From NCBI RefSeq assembly GCF_009914755.1, contig NC_060926.1: a stretch of 64,000 nucleotides of DNA. One strand, written 5' to 3'. The stretch comes from the human T2T-CHM13v2.0 reference genome, Homo sapiens. The translations under genes were made by a program, and so were the position numbers. Within the stretch, counting starts at the first letter, position 1. Every line of letters begins with the position of its first letter. Positions 52,001 to 64,000 of this stretch are shown here, one piece after another. A model generated the notes under the pieces. That model saw only the letters and a program-made list of their open reading frames with translations. It was not told the origin of the DNA and did no database searches.

Positions 52001-54149
52001 AGAACAAAAAGAACAAAGAAAGCTATAAATTCATTTGCCTTCCCAAGAAATGTAGTTTGACTTTTGAGTTCAGAAATATATTGGTCTTTGTTGAGCTAAG
52101 CAGAACTAAACCTGTTACTTTGAAATATGCAAACAACATTTGAAGGAAATAACAAGGTTCCTCAGGGATTGTGAGAACAATGTGCTATTTCTCTTGAGGA
52201 TAAGTGGCTTCTGTAAGTAAAAAAAAAAAAAAAGGTTTTGCATTATGAGCGTTTTTCTACATTAAGGAAGTCCTGTGACCAAACAGAGACAACCCCTGTT
52301 GTTCTTCTTTGGAGCTTGCATTAGTATAGCAGACACAGGTTACTGCTGATTTCAATAGGTAGGGCTTTTCAGGGGGACTGTTTGTTCTGGCACCCTAGTG
52401 AGGCTTTTTATAATCAGAAACCTTAATTTCCAAGATGAATCATTGCTGACGGACTGAAAAACACCACTTCTCCCAACTCTGGTTTCCAGAATTTTGCCCT
52501 AAGAAAAATGAGTTCCACTTCATTTTAATGGAAAGTAAATAGCATAAAATTACTTATTGTATTTAAAGATCGGCCCTTTATTTGATTTTTTTTTTTGATT
52601 CAGTGAAAGAATTAGGACAGAGAGACAATGCAAGGCAGGCATTTTTGATCAAGGATGGACAGCTATGGCAAATTTTTTCCTTTAGGTGTATCCTCTGAAG
52701 GAAATAAAATAGAATGAAAGAACAAACTCAGAACAGTTGTTGGATGACCAGTGAGCACAGCATGGTGTGAGGAATAGAGCACTGGACTCGTTCTCTCATT
52801 GTTACAGTCATTCAATATTTCATGAAAGAGAATTCAAATGTTTGGAGGGTGATAGCTTTTGTTTTTGAAGAGCATGGCTATGATATAAATTAATATGATT
52901 ACAATGTAAAGTGATGAGTATTAAGAGGGATAAATACTTAGGTTTGTCGTTGGTGGGAAGGGAGGCATTCACAAAACCCAAGCCAGAACTCTACATAGGA
53001 GTTAGATTGATAAAGAAAGGGAAAGAAAATAGTTCAGAAACAGAGAAAATGTGCAAAGATGAAGAAAAAAGGCAATGCAACTGTCATGAAAGTATTTAAT
53101 AGTTGAGACCAACTAGATTACAGAGGGCAAATGATTAGGAGGGGTGAGAAACAAGGCTGCAAATGCATACATGGAGCTGGACTTTGTGTTGTTTTTCAGG
53201 ATTTGGCTGTACTCTGACGGCAAAGCTTAAATGCAATACAGCAGGGACAAGATCTTGGGATCTAAATTCAGGACACAGTTCTATGACCCTGGGAATCATT
53301 CCTGAGGTTTGTGTCTTCGAGTAAAATATAAAGATGGTAACACGTTCCTGGTCTGTCTTTCAGGATAATCCAAATATAAGATGTTAGTATTAGCCAGACA
53401 GGTTTTACAGAAGGTAAATCTTAACAAGAACAAAAGGTTTGTTCATTAGCTTCATTTAGAAAGGTACCAGCTACTTTCTTGAAGGTTATTAATAACTTAT
53501 TAATATACGGTCTTTAAATACTAATTTAGTGGTAGCCTTATAATCTAAAAGTATCTTTTTTGACTAATGCCAATCATTTAGCTGTACCAAAATTTTCCTC
53601 TTTAATATTTGAAAATAATATACTGACCATCATTCTCTTGCATATTTATTGCTGATTCATTATTTCAACAATGCCTAGTAATACATGAATGGCTTCTGTT
53701 AATAGCATTGTGTATAATCTCGAAGAATACCTGGAAATTTCAGGTGTAGAGATGTGACAATTATTTTCTTCCTCATTCTCTGATTACATATCCTATATGT
53801 TGTCTTTAATAAAGATACCTTGTGTTTTTTGAAAGATCAGTTCCAAGTGGTCGGGGGTGATCTCTCTTGATGGCTCACACCATTTTCCAGAAGATACAGG
53901 AAAAATTAAAGTGCATTTGATGTGCTGTGTTTCTATAATCATAAAACTTTAAATATTTCTTAGAGATTTCCTAGTCTAGACTCTCATTTTGCAGACAAGA
54001 AAGCCAAGGATTAGAAAGGAAAAATAGGCAAACGTGAGCATTGTCCATTCGCTCCTTTAAACAGGAACCACACTTATGATCATGGTCTTTTGAGATCTGG
54101 GGTAAGTTAAAGAACATGTAAATTTTATTAATTGAGATGCTTTTCATTG

Positions 54150-54690
54150 AAAGCATCAGAAAATAACAGAAAAATTTAAATAAATTGGCTAAAAGATTAA
54201 GAAATTATAATTTCCCAAACTGAAAAAGTCCCTTAGTAGAACACCTCCAGGGTCAGTTAAATTGATGCCCAAATATCATGGCCTAGAACCCAGCCTCTTT
54301 GTGTCTTTCTGCTTTGTTTTTCTCAAACTAACTTCTGCCATGGTGATTACATGGTTTCTTCAGTTCCATAATTGGCCTGCAGACATGACAACTGACAATG
54401 TCCAGTAGACAGAGTGGTTTCTTTCTTTGAGTTTCTTTTTAAGAAAAAGTACCCCACAACTCTTGTTGGTTAGAACTAAATCTTGCACCAATTCCTTATC
54501 TAATTGCTTGATGATACACAGGGTTGAGTGGAGAAAATAGAAAAGTAGGTGACACAAGTAAATATTGGATCCTGTTGAAAACCATCAGGGAGATTGGATG
54601 GTTTGAAGGTAGAAAACCAAAAATACATACCACAGAGATCAGCAAAATAGATTTTAGAATCTGACAGACATATAAGTTGCACCACACTGT
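54150..54690 (-). mobile_element. Old MaLR LTR (MLT1J/K-like)
   Basis: aaataacagaaaa..ctccagggtcagttaa..acccagcctcttt..tctgctt..cagttcca..agacatgacaa..tccag. Confidence 0.55.
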
Positions 54691-55334
54691 GAAAAATAGG
54701 CAATGCCATGATCCAAGCACATTTTCAACAAACGTGTATTAATTTAAAATATAACATTGTCCCCGATTGCTTCCTTTATAGCAGAGGCTTCTTTGATCAC
54801 GTTTGAGCAAAAGGGCAGGTAGAAAGAAGTCTCGTCTCCTTTCATATTAAATGACTCAGTTTCCAATCAATTTTCATTGTGTTTTCTTTCCTTCATTTCT
54901 TTTTTCTTTGTTAACATGTCATTGGACTTTCTTCTATTTGGGGAGCATGAAACAAAATAATGGTGATATCCCTCATCAAATAATTAGGGTTCTCAGGGTC
55001 TATCACAATTATGTCTTCTCTGCTACATCTAGGGATTTGAAGTTCTTATACCTTCAGGAGCGTTGTTCTCAAACCTTCATTGTAACACCTGAATGCCCTC
55101 ATGGTTAACAGGAGTAACATGAGGATTGTGGTTAGATATGCAACAGTTGACACTGTGATGACTGGGATGAGCAAGCACTCACCTAAAGACATACCAGAGC
55201 AAAACCCATTCCCCCTCCAAAGAAATACCTTGATCTTTGACTTTTGTTTGCTATATTCACAATCAAAAACTGTATACTAAATGGCTTCATTTTATAAAAG
55301 AGCCTTTTAAATTGTGTGTTCTGATATTTTGTCT

Positions 55335-55720
55335 ATCCATATGTTAATTCAACAAATGTTAGTTGGATATACAATAGATATTAAGTTGCACACATGAGGA
55401 GACCAAATGGGATAGCACACAGAGCCTGTCTTTAAAAAGCTTACAGTCCGACATCTTTTCTCTTCTCTCCTTGCTTGGGATGAAGGAGAAAAGCAAGGAA
55501 AAGTAAGTCATTGATGACCATAGCGTATGAAAAGTGTCATGACAATGGCAAGAAAAATGTGCTCTGAGACAGCATAGAAGGGGCTCCTCACCCCAACTCG
55601 CAGATGAGTTTGGATCTTTGAACTGAAACTTGATGGGCAAGCAATAGCAGCTTGGTGAAGAATCGGGAGAGAAAAGAATACTCCAAATGGTGCTATATGT
55701 GAAAGTACTCAGATAAGGGA
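55335..55720 (-). mobile_element. L2 fragment
   Basis: attcaacaaatgttag...agcttacagtc...gtgctctgagacagcatagaaggg...tgaactgaaacttga. Confidence 0.65.
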
Positions 55721-55769
55721 GGGTACCACCACTACCATCCTTGCTGTCATCATCATTATTATTTCATCA

Positions 55770-55985
55770 CTACCATTGTTAAGTGCCCAAACCATGATGC
55801 TTTTCTAGGTACTTTTATGAGATATCTCTAGTTCCTACAGTGACTTAGTAGTAATTATTGTTCTTATTTTATAGATGAAAACATTAACTTGCCCAATGTC
55901 ACCCAGACTGTAAGAGGTGGAGATCATACATGAGTTCAGATAAGCTTACTACAAAACTGAGCTGACTGCTCATGCTTTCTGCCTC
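55770..55985 (-). mobile_element. MIR SINE
   Basis: attttatagatgaaaacattaacttgcccaatgtcacccagactgtaagaggtggag. Confidence 0.7.
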
Positions 55986-56079
55986 CTATTTGAGTGTCTC
56001 CTAACTCTCAGGTTTCCGCCAGCTCTAAGGAACTAGTTTTTGTTACCCAAGGTCCCCTGCTATTTTAAGCCTCTCAATT

Positions 56080-56475
56080 GAAGTTTCCTGTTTTCTCTCA
56101 TGAGAATGCTTCCTGTTCCTTATTATCTGGCTGGTAGTTACTGCTCCTCATTCGGGCTGAATTCACAGGGAATTTGTCTCATCTTGGAAGATTTCTCAAC
56201 CCTTTTTTTTTCCAGCCTCAGGAAGACGACTTGCTTTGTCCTTCCCTCCCCCTGCAAACAACATCACATTTATGTCTATGTATCTTTGTTATCCTATCCC
56301 TTCACCCTCTTTCCTACCCTGTCTACCTTCCACTATATATTGAATCCACCGCTAGACTGCAAGCTCCTGGAAGCCAAGGCAGCCTCTCATTTGTCATTGT
56401 GACTTCAGTGTCTAGCATTATTCTTGACACGGAATGAAGGCTCAAAAAGAACTTGCTAAATAAATGAGTGAGTGA
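56080..56475 (+). mobile_element. L2 3' fragment
   Basis: ctagactgcaagctcctggaagccaagg...cagtgtctagca...ggctcaaaaa..ttgctaaataaatgagtgagtgaa. Confidence 0.7.
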
Positions 56476-56645
56476 AGGCCATCCAATGTGGGGAATGCTA
56501 TGTTACTGCTCCAGAATATTCTTTCATAGTATTAATGTTTCATTTTATTTGATATATAATCACATGGCTTTTATTCCAGAAGACGATATCACTATGAGAA
56601 AGGAAGCTAAATACTTTGTTGGTTTTTTCAAGGGATTTTCTTTCT

Positions 56646-56647
<2 letters not shown>

Positions 56648-56680
<33 letters not shown>
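56648..56680. repeat. (TG)~16 microsatellite
   Basis: Read directly. Confidence 0.97.
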
Positions 56681-56683
<3 letters not shown>

Positions 56684-56718
56684 GGGGTGGTGGCATATGT
56701 ATTTAAGACAATAAGTTA

Positions 56719-57090
<372 letters not shown>

Positions 57091-58719
57091 TCATTGGAGT
57101 TTGGCTGAAAAGGTTTAAAGTGATTTCAAGTTTGGAGAAGTTACTTTTTTCCATAATAAGAAGAAAATATCTTCTAGGCACCTACTCTGTGCCAGAAAGT
57201 CTCATACCCACAAATTCATTTGTTTTTTTTTTTTTTTTACCATTTTCCTGCTCAGTAAAGTAGTAAAAATCAACAGCTAACCAGCTGACCTTCATCTAGC
57301 CCTCTGTATTCAGTATTTCTTCTAATATTTCCAGATAGGCATTATTCTCATTTTACCAAAAAATTTTAAGGGCTTAATTTTTTGAATGCAAAAGAGGTAG
57401 AACTGGGCCTACTACTCAGTCGTGCTTTGACTCCTTATGTCATGGAGGCAAGCCCGTTGCATCACACCACATGGCAATACTGCTTATGAAAATATCTAAC
57501 TTAAGGGTACTTCCTTCTAAAATATACAGGCACTTGACTATCCCATCATTATATGCTGACAGGTGGGTCTTTTCAAAGTCTCACGTTTTCACGGTCATCA
57601 CCCCGCTCAAGTCCTTATCATGTATTACTAATGGAGACTGTAAGGGGAGGCCCACCTGGAAACATCAGAACTGGGAACTCAGACCTCAGTGAGGCAGGAG
57701 AAACAATAGAGAATCCAGAAAGCGCATCTAATGGGAATACTAAGCAGGACATAACACCATAAACTAATTTCAAAGGATAGCTTAGGGTCTGGGAGAGATG
57801 GACAATTGAGGAGTAAGGACAAGTTTGCACAAATCTGGATGACCAGTGATTTTAAGTCCATTTGGACTAGTGACTTCTTAACATTAGAGGCCCAGGCAGA
57901 GGCATCTGTAGCAATCTTGGTCTAGCCAGGATCAGGGTAAGAATATTAACAATAGCAACCATGTCAGAAATATATATGGGATTCAAGTATTTGCAAAACA
58001 TTTTAGATTTTTTTTGTGTTGAATGTCAACCACAGTCCTATAAGACACACATACTTATTATCAACAGGATATGATAACATGAAGAAGGAAATGTATGTTG
58101 TTGAATAAAAATAGCAGTATATAATGAAGTATATATACACTGTATAGTTTTATAAATTGCAACACATTTTGGAAAGGCAACTGCTTAAGAGAGTGGTTGT
58201 GATTACACGTACAAAATATTTCAGGCATTTAAAGTACTGGGCTGAATTTTTCCCAGTAATTAAAATAGGGCATAAGAGGCAGCATATGTTCTAGAGATCA
58301 CTAGAGTACAATAAGCCAAGGGCAGATATGAAGCCAGCATAAAGTGGGGAAATATAGGAACAAATATCCTATTACAGTGTGTGTGGTCTATTCCTGGACA
58401 CTGTGGTTATAGAGTCCAAGTTCTGTTGCCAATGCCACAATAAGAAAGCCATGGACAAATGTAGAAAACAGTTAATAAAAGTGATGCTATCTATGCCTGA
58501 TCTAACTCCATCTAGTGAGAAGTTTCGAGAAAGAGTTTGAGTTGAGTTTGTGGAATAGATTAAGAGTAAGATCAAGGAGGATAGACTTGGATATATAAAT
58601 AAAAACTGAGTTCATTCTTAATGTTCAGGAGAGAACAGATCCTGCGTCTGTTGTATCTTACGCAGACTCTGTTGGTCAATACAAATAAACTATATCCATT
58701 TGGTTTCACTTGCTCTAAC

Positions 58720-58910
58720 TTGGGATTTCTCAACCTCAGTGCTATTGACATGTTGGGCCAGACCACTCTTTGCTGTGGGTCTGTCACTGGCATCGTAGGA
58801 TGTCTGGCAGCATCCCTGGCCTCTACCAGTCAGTAGCCCCTTCCCCAGCTGTGACAATGAAAGGCCTCCAGACATTGCTAGTGTCCTCTCGGGAGCAGAA
58901 TTAACCACTG
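58720..58910 (+). mobile_element. MER20 hAT transposon
   Basis: tttctcaacctcagtgctattgacat..gcagcatccctggcctctacc..gtgacaa..ctccagacattgc..aaccactg. Confidence 0.88.
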
Positions 58911-60039
58911 GCTTACATGGTAGCTGTTGTTGCAGGTGAGGAAACTCCGGGACTAGGAGTAGGTCTGGGTCATTCTGGTCTCATGGCTTCTGTGAATTGG
59001 GAGCCACTGTAGCAGTCTATTTTTGGGCCTTTCTGAAACTGAGGATGGTTGAGCCACCCAAAGAACACTCAGAGGATGCAGCATTTGTCAATCAGGATTT
59101 ACAGATGGAGGAATCTGGGCGGAGAGTTAGTAGTCTGCCCCCAAATCACATGGAAGAACTGATATTTATACCCCTGGGATAACATTCTATACCCTGTCTC
59201 TTTTCTCTATAACAAGTGATTTTTATTTTATGCTTTGCAAAGCCCCAACACTTAGGTATTGAGTGAGAGGCAAAGCAGGAAGGACGCTCCTGCATTTCTG
59301 CTCCTATCCCTGCTCCTGTCTTGGCCAAAGTAGCACAGCTATCACCATTCCATGCTGAGGATGGTTAGTGTTCCTTTTAAAATAGTAACAAATAATGTTC
59401 TCTGAATTATTCCTCTATGCCTGCTTGGAACAGAAGACAGACCAGTGTTAACCCAGAAAGCAACACAACAATATTCCTTATGTGCTGTCGGAACTCTCTT
59501 TTCAAGGGTAAGGCAGGCTGAGGCTGCAGGGTAAATCTGAAAATCAACAAGGTAGAAAGATACAGAGACTGACTCAAAAAGACCATTTCATCATCCATTC
59601 CTGGTCTCTTTCCAGAACAGTCATCTTCTTGCCTCCATATTTCAGTCTTCCAGGCTATCCTGTGCTATTCTGCCAGAGTTTCTTTCCTGGCAAAGCCTTA
59701 ACAAATAGTACCCCGTTCTTGAGAATCTGAATTCTCATCCTGATAGCATCTTGCTTGGCAATCTTCAAATTCTATATTAATCTAGGAACTTCTCACTCTA
59801 CCCTTTTTCATAAAATAGGAAATCATCTCAGGGTGGGAGAATCACAACTTGACCACTCATCTCTCCCCTATTTGCCTGTCATGAAATCTAAGATTCTGCA
59901 TTTTGAGACTGATTTTTTTTTAAATAAAGAGGTTGACTGCTCTAGTTATTTTCTTAAAAGCAGATGAACTTGAAAATTTTGACATATGTATATTTTGTCA
60001 GCCAAAGGCATACCATCTATTTCAGGAGGCAATATTATA

Positions 60040-60270
60040 TCCTTGCTAACAATGTGCGCTTTGGAATCGAACTGCCTCAATTCATATTCCAGCTTGCCGC
60101 TTTTAGCAATATTATCTGAGGCAAGTTTTCAAAATCATCTGAACCTTCTTTTCTCATCTGTTAGATAGGATAATAATGTTCTCTATGTTACAGTTATAGC
60201 AATTAAATGACATGATACATGCAAAGTATTTTTAAAAATAATAAATAATAGCCATCTTCATTATTATTAC
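60040..60270 (+). mobile_element. MIR SINE
   Basis: gctttggaatc..actgcct..ggcaagtt..tctgaacctt..tctcatctgttagataggataataat..attaaatga. Confidence 0.75.
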
Positions 60271-61663
60271 TACTTTTTTTGAGGAGTCATTGATAAAAGC
60301 AAATGCACTATTGAAGAGATCATTAATAAAAGTCAATACAATGTTGAAGGTCATCTTGTCCAGTTTCACAATCATCTCTGAGTTATTGGGAAATGTGTTA
60401 TAATGAATAGATCAACAAAAATATAACTACAGTAAGGCAAAATAATATGAAATGAATTACAAAGACTAAATCACTCTGATAAGATTGATTGTCTTCTGAC
60501 TGATATTTTACTATATTCCTAACATGGGTCTGAGAAAGAGGAGAATAATATAGGCAAATTGCTACAATCATCAATTAAGTAAATTTCTAAAAATGTTAAG
60601 GAATGTATAACACAAAACGAGCTAAAGAATTGTTTGCAGAATGAGTGTTGATGATATTGGGTTTGTCATGGTTGCCGTTCCCTATATCATGCTGTTCTTA
60701 CCGTTGCTGTGACCTTCTTCTCTTGTTCAGCAGGACATTGACATGCAGCATGTAACATGTACTACTAGAAGATGTAACCAGTGATCTGGCTCTTATGCCA
60801 GGACAGATTTTGTTCTAGGGTCCTAAATTGGTACTACCTTCATCACTGATTATATCAGTCAGTGGTCCATGCTATTAATACAAGCAGCATGACAATCTTA
60901 GGGGTAAGAAACATGTTACAGTTTAGAAAGATCTGTACAAGGTCTACTTACAGAGACTGGTGTCAAAAATTTTTATGAGACTTGGGAAAATCATATATAT
61001 TTTTTCCTTTCCTCTTCCCTGGGTTTTCCTTATTCCTTAATACATGCAAAGCTGATGGGGTCAGTTTGGGATCTCGAAGGGAATTATCCCCTCTGTATTA
61101 CAAGAGGCCTCATGGTGAGCTATGCTTTGTTCAAAAAGGATGAAAGCAATTTAAATTAAATAACAATGGATAATCATCTAGTTTATTGTAAGGTATTGCC
61201 ACTTGAATACTACAGTTTTACTATGGAATCTTTGTTTCAATAGTTGTTTTTTATTTTATATGTGACTTACTACAAGAACTTACTCTGTTATTTTAATGTA
61301 GCTATGTTTTTAATTTTTCTTGAGTAGTAGTAAAGAGGGTTATGTCCTGTTATCATGGTGACTTACCCCTGCCATCCATTCCTGGGGAACTTGCTTGGCT
61401 GCTATGGTCCGTGTGGTGACAGGTTATTCCTTGGTAGACATGAAGTGCAGAGGGTACAGTGACATTAAAGCCCTTTTCATTACCTGAAATCTTCTTACAA
61501 ACCATCTACCAAGGTATGTTAGACCAAGAAAAATGTCTTCTATTTTCTTCTACAGATTATAACCAGCAATACGCTGAGATGATAATGGGGCTGGATATGA
61601 AAATAAATAGAGTACTTTACTTTCTGAAAATCATTCCATAGCAACCGAATGCATTTGGGATGA

Positions 61664-61714
<51 letters not shown>
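61664..61714. repeat. (TATC)~12 tetranucleotide STR
   Basis: Read directly. Confidence 0.97.
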
Positions 61715-63659
61715 TCTAAGAGCATATGTTTGTGTTCAAATGTCTGCTTTTCTAAAAAAGTATTTTTGGAAACTGACATATAAAATGATCAGTACTAGTA
61801 ATGCTCAATCCTTTCTTGTGTTTTGGTATAGTACTGACTTTTTATAATCTATAGACATTTTGCATATAATTTCAGATTAGCTGATATAGCTAGGGTTTAA
61901 TTACAATTACTTCCTAGAGAAAAAGCTCCTTTGTCTGAACGGTGATAATTCTGAGTATATGATTTAGATGTGCCTATTATAACTGGGTGATTGAAAAAAA
62001 CTACTGAGTAAATTCACAATTTAAACAGGATAACACAAGGTGTACATTTAACTTATTTATGACACAAATTTTTTCAAGCCTCCATTTTATGGAAAATATA
62101 GAATACTGTGTGTTACTTTTATTTATTCATTATAGGACTATTTTCTTTTGGGTCCTTCTTTACCTACTGTAAGCTTTGTAGCTTAGTTTGCGTTACTTTC
62201 TGTATATAAACTAATAAAGAGGCATATTTTTCAATAGACATGAGCCTTTCACTAATTCAGAATGCCTATTTCTTTCATTAGGACAAATTAGAGATTATGT
62301 TTTTCTCTGAACAAAATGCATTTTTATGTCAATTAAATGAGAGTTTTTGATGAAATGTTTCCTAACAGAGAGTAAGTAATTGTGATATAATTGTTTGTAG
62401 ATGAAAAATAACTGCCACATTCATGGCAAATGTGAGTTTAATGCAGATGATTTTCATGACTATGATGTGTTTTATGCGGCTTTTTATACCCACTGTTTTG
62501 GAAGCATTCATAGTACCAGTTAAGGCAAAACCAGCTTAATGTTTGTTTTAGTGCTTGGCAACAAATACAGTCTATAAAATATGTAGTAGTTAATATTAAA
62601 AGCACATGCCAGATTGTAACATAAAGAGTTTATTCAATCTCTTTAAAGTCATCAATTTGAAGCTTCATCTGAATGAGTTAGCATTTGAGTTCCATATGAT
62701 TTTCAGCAGGTGAGATCTTGTGAAGTTAGGAATTGGCTACCCCTGCGAGCCCCCATTGGCACAGCCCCCAGTTTCTTAATGAGCTTGCCTCATTGCTGAG
62801 TGAGCAAAACACTCTTAACAATGTTCCTTTTGAGGCATCTTTGTTGCAGGGGGAAATAAAGAGAGGCGCCAAGCCTGCAAATTCTTTTCTGATCCCATTG
62901 GTTCACCAGGAGAGAACAATTTTGTTTTCCATGGTTGCGGTCTTTCAAGGTTGCCTTTACTTAGGATTTGATTACCTGTCTCCCTCAACCAATTAGCCTC
63001 TCCCACACACTCTCTTGCCTCCAATAATGATCAACCTCCTTTTCTAAGACCAGCCTCCTCTTTATCATATTGCATTAAACACTTGATGAAAGAAGACCTA
63101 GAAGGCTTTAAGAAAGACAGGGTAATATTTTGCTGGTGTAGAGGGCCTGCTCTTCGGAGACAAATACTTGCTTTTCATTTTGATCAGCCGTCTGCACTTA
63201 AAAGCCTCCTAGCCAGGGACATGTTAATTAAACAGTCTGGGGCTCAGTGCTGCCATCCGTAAATTGGAGGATTAGAGAAATAATATACACAAGTACCTGG
63301 TACATACCAAATATGATAGAAGATATCTTCAACCTTTAGCTATAAGAAGAATGGAAAATGAAAAAGAGACAGGTGGAGAGAGGGAGGGAGATGAGAGCTG
63401 CGTGGAGCTGGTATGCTGGTTAGGAGGTAGGAAATAATGAAGCCTCGACCATCTAAGATACAGAAGTCTCCCTGCTGAATCGAAAGGAAGTGCTACAATA
63501 TTCTTTCAAATTCATCGCAGTTGAGAGAAAACTGGAGCAGAGTGTGATATCAAGAAAGGGCTTCACCAGGATGATCAATGCAAATGGATATGGAGCTTTC
63601 TTGGAATGAAACATTATCCCGTAACACCAGGTAATTTTCTTTATTAAAAAATACACATT

Positions 63660-64000
63660 AAAGTCTTAGAATAGTTTGATATTTACCGACAAGTTGCGAA
63701 GATTTTACAGAGCCGTATATACCACCCTATTGCTAATATTTTACACTACTATAGTACATTTGTCACAATGAGGAATAAACGTTGTGGCACATTACTATTA
63801 ACTAAACTCCATACTTTATTTAACTTTATTACTTTTCCCCTAACCTCCTGTTCCAGGATCCCCTCTAACACATGACATTTAGTCATTATTTCTCCTTAGC
63901 CTTCTCTGAACTGTGACAATTTTTCAGACTTTCTTTTCGACAACCTTGGCAGTTTTGAGAAGTACTGGTCCCTGATTTTGTAGGATGTGACTCAAGTCGA
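63660..64000 (-). mobile_element. L1MC-type 3' end (runs off window)
   Basis: acattactattaactaaactccatacttt..ctgttccaggatcc..catttagtc..ccttggcagttttgagaagtactggtc. Confidence 0.8.

Overview
AT-rich, CpG-depleted primate (most likely human) genomic DNA, not prokaryotic. The only host coding sequence I can support is a 60-nt first coding exon at 44276-44335 (+), MNQTASVSHHIKCQPSKTIK followed by AAG|GTAGGA. I recognise this from memory as the N-terminus of DPP10, the catalytically inactive dipeptidyl peptidase that acts as a Kv4 channel accessory subunit. It is too short for the supplied ORF track. On that reading, ~1-43.7 kb is upstream intergenic DNA and 44336-64000 is the start of intron 1. 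The rest is mostly interspersed repeats: a near full-length dead L1PA7-like LINE-1 (minus strand, ~9590-15640), a truncated younger L1PA, seven Alus, MaLR LTRs, hAT fossils (MER5A, MER20, Charlie1), HAL1, L2, MIR, a 3'-truncated U2 snRNA retrocopy, and microsatellites. Almost all ORFs in the track are repeat-derived or chance. I found no convincing undescribed biological system. The best leads are a 164-bp templated self-insertion in the L1, an L1 antisense promoter facing DPP10, a tailless U2 copy inside a TCTA tract, and the CAG/G4/uORF layout of the DPP10 5' region. Repeat subfamily calls were made by eye against remembered consensus sequences, and boundaries of old repeats are approximate.
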